Assembly: GCA_963704725.1 (NCBI GenBank)
Contig: OY969934.1
Location: 416,001 to 480,000, forward strand
Direction: 5' to 3'
DNA: 64,000 nucleotides
Origin: an uncultured Actinomycetes bacterium
GTDB lineage: Bacteria > Actinomycetota > UBA4738 > HRBIN12
Below, piece after piece: positions 35,101 to 44,665 of the stretch. The first letter of the stretch is position 1; each line of letters begins with the position of its first letter. Both the position numbers and the translations under genes were made by a program. Under the pieces are notes generated by a model, which did no database searches, was not told the DNA's origin, and saw nothing but the letters and a program-made list of their open reading frames with translations.

Positions 35101-36086
35101 CCGGACGCCTCCGGGGCCTGCGCAAGGGCGCCGTCGACGAGCAGGCAGGCCGCCCGGCGGCCGCCGCCGGCGGCGTAGAGCTCGGGCACGACGGTGGGAC
35201 AGCGATCGAACACCACCGGGCATCGGGGATGGAACGGACAGCCCGACGGGATCGACTGCGGGTCCGGAGGGTCGCCACCGAGCCCGGATGGCTTGTGGCG
35301 GAAGCGATCGTCCCCGATCGCCGGGAACGCCGCGGCCAGCGCCTTGGAGTAGGGGTGCTGGGGCGTGTCGAACACCTCCCGTGCGCCGCCCTCCTCGACG
35401 ATCCTGCCCGCGTACATGATCGACAGCCGGTCGGAGACCTCGACCAGCACCGAGAGGTCGTGGGTGATGAACAACATCGCCAGCCCCAGCTCTCGTTGGA
35501 GCGTCTTCAACAGCTTCAGGACCTGCGCCTGCACCATGACGTCGAGCGCCGTCGTCGGCTCGTCGGCGATGATGAGGCTCGGAGCGCACGCGAGCGCCAT
35601 GGCGATCATCACGCGCTGCTTCTGGCCCCCGGAGAGCTCGTGCGGGTAGTCTCGGATCCGCCTCGGCGGCAGGCCGACCTGCTCGAGCAGGCCGCCGACC
35701 CGCATGAGGGCCTCCCGCTCGCCGGCCTGCCCGTGCACCACGATCGCTTCGGCGATCTGGTCGCCCACCCGCTGCACGGGGTTGAGGGCGTGCATCGCTC
35801 CCTGGAACACGACCGAGGCCTCCGACCACCGCACGGCGCGCAGACGACCCGGCTTCATCGTCAGCACGTCCTCGTCGTTCAGCACGATCCGTCCGTCGAC
35901 CTTGGTTCCGGGGGGCAGGAGGCGCAGGATCGCGTTGACGATGGTCGACTTGCCGCACCCCGACTCGCCGGCGAGACCCAGGACCTCGCCCTTGTCGATG
36001 TCGAAGTCGACACCGCGGACGGCTGGCACGGGACCTCCCTGCGTCCGGTACGTGATCGACAGGTCGCGAACCAACAGGACGCTCAT
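35097..36086 (-). CDS. Oligopeptide/dipeptide ABC transporter ATPase (OppD/DppD-like)
   Basis: GESGCGKST, YPHELSGGQKQR, ADEPTTALD, GCPFHPRC. Confidence 0.92.
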   Translation of the reverse strand: MSVLLVRDLSITYRTQGGPVPAVRGVDFDIDKGEVLGLAGESGCGKSTIVNAILRLLPPGTKVDGRIVLNDEDVLTMKPGRLRAVRWSEASVVFQGAMHALNPVQRVGDQIAEAIVVHGQAGEREALMRVGGLLEQVGLPPRRIRDYPHELSGGQKQRVMIAMALACAPSLIIADEPTTALDVMVQAQVLKLLKTLQRELGLAMLFITHDLSVLVEVSDRLSIMYAGRIVEEGGAREVFDTPQHPYSKALAAAFPAIGDDRFRHKPSGLGGDPPDPQSIPSGCPFHPRCPVVFDRCPTVVPELYAAGGGRRAACLLVDGALAQAPEASG

Positions 36087-37105
36087 CGTTCCCGCAACTT
36101 CGGGTTGAGGATCTCGTCGAGCGCGAACCCGCACATCGTGAACGCCAGCACGACGAAGACGATCGCGAGGCCCGGCGGCACGAGCCACCACCAGTCGCCG
36201 GCGGTGGCGGCGCCCGAGTCCGAAGGCGAACTCGAGGATCGTTCCCCACGAGATCGACAACGGATCGCCGAGGCCGAGGAACGAGAGCGTGGTCTCGGAC
36301 AAGATCGCGATAGCGACCGTGAGGATCGTGTTGGCGAAGATCAGAGGGCCGACGTTGGGCAGGATGTGCCGAGTGACGAGGTGCCAGCTGCTGGCGCCGA
36401 GCGCTTGAGCCCGCTCCACATAGGCGCGCGTCTTGACCGACAGGACCTGTGCTCGGACGATCCGCGCGGTGCTCGGCCACGACGTGATGCCGATCACGAG
36501 GATGATGATGGCGAGCGAGCGGCCGAGCACCGACGCGAGGACGATCGCGAGCGGCAGGAACGGGATGACCAGGAACCAGTCGGTCAGGCGCATCAGGACC
36601 GTCTCGGTTGCCCGCCCGTAGTAGCCGGCGACGATCCCGATCATCGAGCCGATCCCCATCGAGATCAGCCGTGGCGAACAGCCCGACGGTGAGCGAGATC
36701 CGCGAACCCCATACTGTGAGCGCCAGGACCGACCGGCCGAGATTGTCGGTTCCGAACGGGAACTTCCAGCTCGGCGGGCTGAACGACCGGGCCGTTGCAG
36801 TCGCAGGTGGCGTTGAGCGCCTCGCCGGCTCGCGATCAGGGGTGCGAAGACCGCGATCAGGATGAAGAACACGAGGATGTCCAGCCCCCACATCCCCATC
36901 GCGCTCCGCCGATAGGTCGCCCAGACGCGCTTGAGCGGAACGGCGTCGTCTGGCCCAGACGATCGCTCGCGCGCTCTCGGGGGCGCCGGGGGGCGGTGGC
37001 TCCGAGCTCTGCGCCGGGCGGCGGGCATCGGGGGCCAGCGTCTTGCCCAGGTTCTCAGGCGGTCGCATCGTCGGCCTCACGCTGCGGAGCGGACGGCCAA
37101 ACCAT
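36083..37105 (-). pseudogene. OppC/DppC-like permease, frameshifted (probably sequence errors)
   Basis: Fragments in different frames: FPFGTDNLGRSVL; ARIVRAQVLSVK..YVERAQALGA...HILPNV; SWGTIL. Confidence 0.8.
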
Positions 37106-38113
37106 CAGGCCGCCCTCACTCGCGGGTCCAGGTACGAGTACAGGATGTCGGCCAGCAGGTTGGCGACGATGACCGCCGCCGAGAACAGGAGGAAGAGCCC
37201 CTGGAGGAGCGGGTAATCGAGCACGTTGATCGCCTGAACCGTCAGCCACCCGAGGCCCGGCCACGAGAAGACGTACTCGATGGTGATCGCGCCGGAGAAG
37301 ACGAACCCGAGCGACAGGATCGTGAGAGTCATCGTGGGGAGCATGGCGTTCGGAACCGCATGACGCCACAGGACGTGGTTCTCGCGGACACCCTTGGCGC
37401 GAGCAGTCTGGACGAAGTCGTCCCCCATCACGTCGATGAGCGAGTTTCGCATGATGATCGAGTACTCACCGAGATACGCGACCGTCAGCACGAGGAACGG
37501 CAGGACCATGTGGTTGAGCACGTCCACCCAGTGCCCGAGGCCCGGTGAGGCCGGATCCCGCGGTCTCGTAGCCGCCGGTCGGGAAGATCGCCGGGAACGG
37601 CCCCACGCCACCGGCGAAGGCCATCAGGATGAGGATGCCGAACCAGAACTCGGGCATCGAGTAGACGAACAGGGTGAACCCGAGCGAGCCCGACGTCGAA
37701 TGCGCTCCCGCGACTCCAGCCGCCATAGATTCCGATGATGAGCCCGATCACCGCCGATGCGATCGTGGAGCATCCCCACCAGCAGGATCGTGGGCCACAC
37801 CTTCTCGGCGATCACGCGGGCAGTACCGGCCTCCGCGCTGGAAGAACGAGTCGCCGAAGTTGAGCGTGAGGGTGTTGCTGATGTAGATCACGAACTGCCG
37901 GGCAGGGACGGCTGATCGAGCCCGAGATCGTGGCGGAGCGCGGTGACGTTCCGAGGATCGTGAAGTTGGCCGTCCCTCGAAGGAGGAGCTGACGCCGGGT
38001 CCCCGGGCATCATGCGGAACAGGAAGAAGTTGAACGCGAGCACGAAGCCAGCGTCAGCAAGGCCTGAAGGACCTTCCCGCAGGTACCCGGTGTGCGCACC
38101 GCGGTTCTCCGCA
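37105..38113 (-). pseudogene. OppB/DppB-like permease, frameshifted
   Basis: Intact C-terminus (DFVQTARAKG...HAVPNA...FSWPGLG...YSYLDPRV); N-terminal pieces (FLFRMMPGDP, YSMPEFWFG) lie in other frames. Confidence 0.8.
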
Positions 38114-38136
38114 TCCGGGTTCCGGACCGGCCGCCG

Positions 38137-40004
38137 CTACGCCTCGTCCTCGGCCGACACGCCGCCGCAGGAGCATGACGACGGCGCCGACCACGATGAC
38201 GAGGCCTGCGACGATCCCGAGCCAGACCCGCCGGACGCCCCGACGTCTCGCTCGAGCCGAGGCACCCTCACCACCCTGCGCCGCGCGAAACGGGCGAACC
38301 GCCAGGACGGGGTCGGCCGGCCGTACCCGGCCAGCAGCGTCGCCGGGCGGACCGGCTGCGGCGGTAGCCGGTGAACGGTCGGTGCGATACGCCTGGAGAG
38401 AGGGGGTGTACCACATCACGGCGTAGGCTGCGTCTTCGTAGAAGATCTTCTGCGCCTGGTGGATCAGCTCCCAGCGGCCAGCCGGGTCGAGCTCGAGCGC
38501 GCTGCTCGCCAGCAAGCGGTCGTACTCGGGGTTGCAGTAGTACGAGTCGTTGTTCCCGTACGTCGTGCCGTCCGGCGGCCGCTCGTCGCAGGTGAAGTCG
38601 GCGAGCACCGAGTCCGGGATCGGGGTCGGGCATCCATCCCCAGTAGAACAGGTCGTACGTCCCGTCGTTGATGATGTCGCCGAGTCGTTCCGCACGTGAT
38701 GGCCTGCACGTCCGCCTTGATGCCGATCTGGCCGAGCCATTCGGACACGAAGGGGCCGCGTCGACGAGGATTGGTCGCTCGTCCGGACGTAGTAGCGGAA
38801 TCGAGGGGAGTCGAGGGTCAGCGACCCAGCCGGCATCTCGCGGACGCCGTCGCCGTCGGTATCCAGGTAGCCGGCGTCTTCAAGGACTTGGTTGGCGGCG
38901 TGGATGTCCCAGGACACCAGTCGAGCCTCCGGTGGGTTCCCACTTCGCCCCCGGGACCGTGACCGGCGGGACGATCGGTGTCGCCCGGGCATCCCGTGGC
39001 CCTGAAGCACGCTGCTCGACGAGCTGGTCGCTGTCGATGGCCATGCGGATGGCTCGCCGGACCGTCACGTCGGCGAGCGCCGGGTGCCCGTCTCCGTGCG
39101 GGCGTAGTCGCCCGCGGCCGCTGGTAGGCGGAGCCGGTGTTCATCCCGATCTCCTCGAAGGAGGGGACGATGCCGGCAAGGGTCTCGATGTTGTTTGGCT
39201 CTCAGGGAGTTGAAGACGTTGGGGGCGGTGAAGTAGGCGAAGTCGACGTCCCCCTGACTTCAGCGCCTGGGCCAGAGCGTCGTCGTTCTTGAAGATCTTG
39301 TCAGACGATCTCGTCGATGGCGGCTCCGGGCCGGTCCACTAGGGGTTTCGGCTCCAACTGCAGGAACTCGCCCGTCTGGTACTCGGTGATGAGGAATGGC
39401 CCGCTCGAGACCGAAGGCACGTTCTCGAACTGCTTGGGCGACTCGATCCCCCGAAGACGTGCTTCGGCATGATGTAGTCGTACATGTACGGGAACTGCCC
39501 CGTGTACAGGCCCGTCGGCTCTTGCTCCTGAACTGACGTGTGTGGCATCGAGGGCCTGCGCCTCGCCGTCGATCGCCGTCAGGTAACCTGCGGCAGGTAG
39601 GCGTGGTGCTGCTTGTAGAGGTTGAGCGTGAACGCGACGTCGTCCGCCGTGAGCGGCTGCCCGTCCGACCACACGAGTCGCGACGGGTCGTGTACGTGAA
39701 CTCCATGTTGTCAGAGCTCGTCTGCACGTCGGTCGCAAGGCCGTCCGTGGCCCGAGGCTTCGGCGTAGTTGATCAGGAGGTGGTAGCTGGCGGCCCAGAA
39801 GTAGAAGTCGACCCCAGGTAGCCGCTTATGCGGGTTGAGCGAGCTGGGCTCGCCCGTGTTGCCCCACGTGAATCGGACCGGCTCGTTGCTCGCGTCCGGC
39901 GCCCGGACCGCTGCTCTGCGCGAGCGCAGACCCGGCGAGCGTTCCCGTGACGAGCGTGCCATGAGCACGAAGGCGACCGCGAACCTGCCCCTCGAGCCCT
40001 TCAT
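38137..40004 (-). pseudogene. OppA/DppA-like solute-binding protein with C-terminal TM anchor, many frameshifts
   Basis: Fragments WGNTGEPSSLNP, WSDGQPLTADDV, VSSGPF, VRRAIRMAID, LEDAGYLDTDGDGVRE, YCNPEYD, C-terminal WLGIVAGLVIVVGAVVMLLRRR. Confidence 0.75.
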
Positions 40005-40217
40005 TGCGCCCCCCTTCATCCAGCCCCCGAACATCCGCTCTCTCCAAGGCCTACGGTCGTGCCGCCCGGTTCGGCTTGTGCGCGACCGCCCGGCCGACGC
40101 GTCTCGCCCGGGGCTCGGCGGGTCTGTATAGCACGCTCGTCGCAGGCTCCGGTAGCTACGCTTCGGAGCGACCTGGGTCGATCGGTGCGCCTGAACTGAC
40201 CGCGGGTCAGCGCCGTT

Positions 40218-41321
40218 TCACAGGACGCCGTCGAGATCCACCTCTTCGTAGCCGGTCTCGCAGGGGTTGCCGGCCGCGACCCACATCCGGCCCTCCTCGA
40301 GCTCGGCCACCATCGAGAACACCACCGCCGAAGCCTCGTCGCCCTCGTCCGGGTCGGGATGGAGGCAGATCGCCTGCGGCGTCGAGCCGTGGTCGCGGAG
40401 GATGTCCATGACCTCCGGCACGGTCTGCGGCTTGCGATCGGTAAGGAGCTCCTCCAGCCTGATCCGGCGTGCCAGGCTGCCCTCGGAGGGCTGCGGGCCG
40501 AGCGCCGCGAGGTCGGGGTCGAGGTAGTGGTTGGTGTGGATGGGGTCGCCCTCGAGCACCGCGAGCCGGGTGGCCGTGGTCTCGACGGTCAGGGTGTCGC
40601 CGCCGGCGAACGCGAACGTGTGCCCGTACCCGCCGGCCCGCCTCCGCTGGCCGGCGCGGGCGATCGCGTCGGCCCGGTCCGCCGCCTCGAGGGAGTCCCT
40701 GGAGACCAGCACCCGGGGGACGCCGACGCCGTCGTCGGAGGCGGAGAGCGATCCGATGCCCTGCGCGGCCCGATGGCTGTTCACGCCCACCGCCGGCAGG
40801 CAGCACACGATCGTCGGCGAGGCGATCCTCGTCGTCCGATCGTCGGGCAGGTCGATGACGACGGCCACGTTGCCACGGTCTCCGGCGAGCCAATGCTCGT
40901 TGTGGGCCAGGATCGTGGCCTCGGGCGTGCAGACGGCGAAGCTGGAGCAGCGCTCGACGCTCGGCTTGGGCGGAGCAAGGTAGCCCTCCTTGCGCTGCAG
41001 GAACAGGAGCCCACCCTCCGGCGCCTCGAGCTTCGGCTCGAGCTCCTCGAACGCGTTGATCGCGAAGAGTTCCAGGACGGGGGCCATCGCCCCCACCGAC
41101 ATGCCCTTCAGCGTCGCCATCGACGCCGGGAACTGCGACTCCGCCGCGACGAGGTACGGGGTCAGGAGCTCCTGGAGTTGCTGGGAGCTCACTCCGCGCC
41201 TGGACAGGTACCGGTGGTAGAAGTCCACCGACTCGTTCACGCGGTCGCGAAGCTCCCTGCCGACCTGCTGGCCGCGCGCGCTCGGATCGCCCTCGGCCCG
41301 GACGATCCTCAGATCAGCCAT
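40218..41321 (-). CDS. Peptidase C45 family (acyl-CoA:6-APA acyltransferase-like) Ntn hydrolase
   Basis: ERCSSFAV nucleophile Cys, LAHNEH, VGVNS, HTNHY, ICLH, GNPC. Confidence 0.85.
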   Translation of the reverse strand: MADLRIVRAEGDPSARGQQVGRELRDRVNESVDFYHRYLSRRGVSSQQLQELLTPYLVAAESQFPASMATLKGMSVGAMAPVLELFAINAFEELEPKLEAPEGGLLFLQRKEGYLAPPKPSVERCSSFAVCTPEATILAHNEHWLAGDRGNVAVVIDLPDDRTTRIASPTIVCCLPAVGVNSHRAAQGIGSLSASDDGVGVPRVLVSRDSLEAADRADAIARAGQRRRAGGYGHTFAFAGGDTLTVETTATRLAVLEGDPIHTNHYLDPDLAALGPQPSEGSLARRIRLEELLTDRKPQTVPEVMDILRDHGSTPQAICLHPDPDEGDEASAVVFSMVAELEEGRMWVAAGNPCETGYEEVDLDGVL

Positions 41322-41358
41322 CGTTCGCCTTCACGGTACCCCCTACAGCCTAGCCTTC

Positions 41359-41604
41359 ATGGACATCGACTCGGGCGCTACCCTGGCGTTCGTGCCCCAC
41401 CACCTGGAGTCCGTCCCGTCCGGCCCCGCCGACGACCCTCTCGAGGCGTTCGAGCGGGAGTTCCTCGAGCCGGACGTCGACGAGGACCAGGAGCGCCGTC
41501 CGCTCTCCCGCCCGGCCTGGTGGCGATGGGTGGCGATCGCGGTGATCCTTGCCCTGATCGTGGCGGGCCCGTTCGCCTACGTCCTGTCGAAGCTCTTGAG
41601 CTGA
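41359..41604 (+). CDS. Small single-TM hypothetical protein
   Basis: Acidic N-terminus, RPAWWRW plus a TM helix. Confidence 0.55.
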   Translation: MDIDSGATLAFVPHHLESVPSGPADDPLEAFEREFLEPDVDEDQERRPLSRPAWWRWVAIAVILALIVAGPFAYVLSKLLS

Positions 41605-42407
41605 TCCACCTCGTCGTCCTGTCCGCTCGCCGCCCGGGTGCGTGACCCACGGAGACCGGCGAGGTTCGCCAGCGCCTCGAACAGCTGCTGCTGCGCGCGG
41701 TCGTCTTCGGCCGTGTCCTCGGGATGCCACTGGACGCCGAGCATCCAGCCGGATTCGTAGGGGCGGTCGTCCCGGGAGCCTTCGGGCTCGCGCTCGATGG
41801 CCTCGATCAAGCCGTCCTCACTCCATCCGGTGGCGCGGAGCCCGTCGCCGATGCGGTCGATGCCCTGGTGGTGGTGCGACGAGCAGGTCAGCGTCTCGAC
41901 GCCGGTGGTCGCGAGGAGACGGCTGCGCGGGTCGGGGCGGACCTCGTGCAGCGTCTGGGTGTCCTCGACCGGCACGCCGTGCTCGAGCAGCCCGGGCGTT
42001 CCCGGCAGATGCTGAAGGAGCGTGCCGCCGAAGGCCACGTTCATCACCTGCGCCCCGCGGCAGATGCACAGCGTCGGCACGCCGGTCGCGTCGGCCGCGC
42101 GGAGCAGATCGATCTCGAACCCGTCTCGATCGGGCTCGACGCCGTAGACGTGCTCGCCGGGTTCCTGCCCGTACCGTCGCGGGTCGACGTCACCGCCCCC
42201 CACCAGGACCAGCCCGTCGAAGGGCTCGAGGACCTCCTCCACCGAGCCGGGCTCGCCGGGGGACACGATCGCGGTCCGCGCGCCGGCGATCCTGAGGCGA
42301 TCCAGGTACGGCCCGGGCACGCCGTACCCGCCGTGCGGCCACCTCGGCACGCGGTCGTCGGCGAGGTGGTAGGCGACGACGGCGACGAGCGGCCGGTACG
42401 AGCTCAC
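41577..42407 (-). CDS. Gamma-glutamyl-gamma-aminobutyrate hydrolase family (PuuD-like, peptidase C26)
   Basis: DGLVLVGGGDVDP, ICRGAQVMNVAFGGTL, HHHQ, VQWHPE. Confidence 0.9.
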   Translation of the reverse strand: MSSYRPLVAVVAYHLADDRVPRWPHGGYGVPGPYLDRLRIAGARTAIVSPGEPGSVEEVLEPFDGLVLVGGGDVDPRRYGQEPGEHVYGVEPDRDGFEIDLLRAADATGVPTLCICRGAQVMNVAFGGTLLQHLPGTPGLLEHGVPVEDTQTLHEVRPDPRSRLLATTGVETLTCSSHHHQGIDRIGDGLRATGWSEDGLIEAIEREPEGSRDDRPYESGWMLGVQWHPEDTAEDDRAQQQLFEALANLAGLRGSRTRAASGQDDEVDQLKSFDRT

Positions 42408-43126
42408 CGGGCGGTGGCGCGGACCTGCTCGACGAAGCGGCGGAACGTCTCGCGGCCCTTGCGCTGGTGCTCGTCGAGGTGCCGGCGGGCCTCGTCCAGG
42501 ACCTGCTCGTTCGTCTTGCCCCACGTCGGCTCGAGGTCCGCCTCCTTCGCGAACGCCTCGAGCCAGGACCCCACCTCGGCCCGGTCGATCTCGAAGTGGT
42601 ACTGCACGCCCCACGTCCGATCGTTCACGCGGTAGGCCTGGTTGCGGACGCCGTCGCCGGTCGCCAGCAGCTCGGCCCCCGCCGGCAGCTCGAACGTGTC
42701 CATGTGCCACTGGAACACCATGTCGCCGTCCGCGTAGTGCGACAGGAGGGGATCGGTCGCGGCCGCCGCCGTGGGGTGGATGGCCTCGAAGCCGACCTCC
42801 CGGACCGGGGCCTTGCCCACCGCGGCGTCCAGGGCCCACGCGAGCACCTGCGCGCCGAAGCAGACGCCGAGGAACGGCGTTCCGGTGTCCAGGGACTCCC
42901 GGGTGAGCTCCCGGAGCTCCTTGATGAACGGCTGCTCGTCGGCGTGCTCGACGTTGTAGGAGCTGCCGAACAGCACGACGCCGTCGACCTCGCCCAGCTC
43001 GGGGCGGCCGGCGTCCGGGTCAATCGCGTCCCACACCCGGACGTCGGCGCCGGCCGCCTCGACGGCCCCGACGGCGACGCCGAAGGTCTCGAGCGGATCG
43101 CACCGGGCGAACAGGATCGGCCGCAT
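42404..43126 (-). CDS. Stand-alone type 1 glutamine amidotransferase
   Basis: PFLGVCFGAQ, FQWHMD, VQYHFE. Confidence 0.88.
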   Translation of the reverse strand: MRPILFARCDPLETFGVAVGAVEAAGADVRVWDAIDPDAGRPELGEVDGVVLFGSSYNVEHADEQPFIKELRELTRESLDTGTPFLGVCFGAQVLAWALDAAVGKAPVREVGFEAIHPTAAAATDPLLSHYADGDMVFQWHMDTFELPAGAELLATGDGVRNQAYRVNDRTWGVQYHFEIDRAEVGSWLEAFAKEADLEPTWGKTNEQVLDEARRHLDEHQRKGRETFRRFVEQVRATAR

Positions 43127-43155
43127 GGACCCCCGAGTCTACGGTCCCGCCGGGG

Positions 43156-44541
43156 TCAGCCGCGCTCGAAGTACCGGGCGAGCTCCCAGTCCGTGACCGT
43201 GGTGTTGTCGAAGATCGACTGTTCTTGGACCGCCGTGTTCAGCAGGTGCTCGAACACGAAGTCGCCGAACGCCTCCCGGGCGACCTTGCTGTCCCTGAAC
43301 GTCTCGATGGCCTCGTGCAGCGATGTGGGGACGCGCGGGACGTCGGTGGCCTCGTACGCGTTGCCGACGAACATCTCGGGCGGCTCGATCTTGTTGGTGA
43401 TGCCGTTCAGGCCGGCCGCGATCGTCGCCGCGTAGCCGAGGTACGGGTTCGCGTCGGCGCCGGGGATCCGCATCTCGACCCGGAACCCCTTGTGCTCGCC
43501 GACGGTTCGGAATCCGCACGTCCGGTTGTCGCGGCTCCACACGATCGCCGTCGGCGCCCACGAGCCGAGCTGGTAGCGCTTGTAGGAGTTCACGAACGGC
43601 GCGTACATCCACGCCATCTCCCGAGCGCTCGCCATCAGGCCGCCGAGGTAGTACCGGGCCGTCTCGGACAGGTGCTGGGTGGCCGAGCCGTCCCACATCA
43701 GCGGCTCGGAGCCGTCGGCGTTCCAGACGCTCGAGTGCATGTGGCAGGACGAGCCGGCCTCGGCCATCGTCCACTTGGCCATGAAGGTGGCGGCGACGTT
43801 GTTCGCCGCGCAGATCTCCTTCACGCCGTGCTTGTACAGGACGTGGTAGTCGGCGGTGGTCAGCGCGTCGGCGTACGTGATGTTGATCTCGTGTTGACCC
43901 TTGCCGAACTCGCCCTTGCTGAACTCGATGGGAATCCCGGCGCCGAGCATCCCGTTGCGGATCTGGCGGACCACCCACTCGTCCTTGGTGGTCTGGAGCA
44001 TGTGGTAGTCCATGATGTAGGTGGAGCTCGGCCGCAGCGTCCGGTAACCGGAGTCCGCGATCTCGTCGTACCCGTCGCGGAACAGGTAGAACTCGAGCTC
44101 CGAGCCGGTCTTGACGACGTACCCCATCTGCGCCGCGCGCTCGATCTGCCGCTTGAGGATCTGCCGGGGCGAGACCTCTACGGGCTCGCCCGTCTCCTCG
44201 TCGGCGATGTCGCAGATGACCATGACGGTCTTGTCCAGCCACGGGCACCACCGCAGCGTCGTCAGGTCGGGGACCATGCGGAAGTCCCCGTAGCCCGTAT
44301 CCCAACTCGCGTACCGGTAGCCCGGGAGCGGCTCCATCTCCATGTCGATGGCGAGCAGGTACAGGCACGCGTGGAGCCCCTCCTCGCCCAGGATCTCCTC
44401 GAGGAAGAAGTGGGGGACGACCCGCTTGCCCATGAACCGGCCCTGGAGGTCGGTGAACATGCACAGCACCGTGTCGATCTCACCCGAGCTCGCGAGCTCC
44501 TCGAGCTGCTTGGCGTCGAGCTTCCCCTGCGGGTGCATCAT
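43156..44541 (-). CDS. Glutamine synthetase-like gamma-glutamyl-amine ligase (GlnA4/PuuA-like)
   Basis: TDLQGRFMGKR, GSELEFYLF, GQHEIN, GSSCHMHSS, NSYKR, DNRT, EMRIPGADANPY. Confidence 0.9.
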   Translation of the reverse strand: MMHPQGKLDAKQLEELASSGEIDTVLCMFTDLQGRFMGKRVVPHFFLEEILGEEGLHACLYLLAIDMEMEPLPGYRYASWDTGYGDFRMVPDLTTLRWCPWLDKTVMVICDIADEETGEPVEVSPRQILKRQIERAAQMGYVVKTGSELEFYLFRDGYDEIADSGYRTLRPSSTYIMDYHMLQTTKDEWVVRQIRNGMLGAGIPIEFSKGEFGKGQHEINITYADALTTADYHVLYKHGVKEICAANNVAATFMAKWTMAEAGSSCHMHSSVWNADGSEPLMWDGSATQHLSETARYYLGGLMASAREMAWMYAPFVNSYKRYQLGSWAPTAIVWSRDNRTCGFRTVGEHKGFRVEMRIPGADANPYLGYAATIAAGLNGITNKIEPPEMFVGNAYEATDVPRVPTSLHEAIETFRDSKVAREAFGDFVFEHLLNTAVQEQSIFDNTTVTDWELARYFERG

Positions 44542-44612
44542 CGTCTCCCCCTCGTGAGCCCTTCCGCGTATCTCGTGCATCGTTGCGGCGGACTGTCAAA
44601 CGGCCTCGGACG

Positions 44613-44642
44613 GCGACGGCGGGCCCGAGGGCCCGCCGTCGC
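44613..44642. repeat. Perfect 14-bp inverted repeat (hairpin) between permease and GS-like gene
   Basis: GCGACGGCGGGCCC-GA-GGGCCCGCCGTCGC. Confidence 0.7.
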
Positions 44643-44665
44643 ATCCCGTCGTCTCGAGTCGGTCG

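Noticed and set aside
36083-40004. Programmed frameshifting or phase variation in opp genes
   Set aside because: Too many scattered indels without slippery or repeat tracts; assembly error is more parsimonious.
40218-41321. Penicillin biosynthesis (isopenicillin N acyltransferase)
   Set aside because: The C45 family is broad, and there is no ACV synthetase or IPNS in the window.
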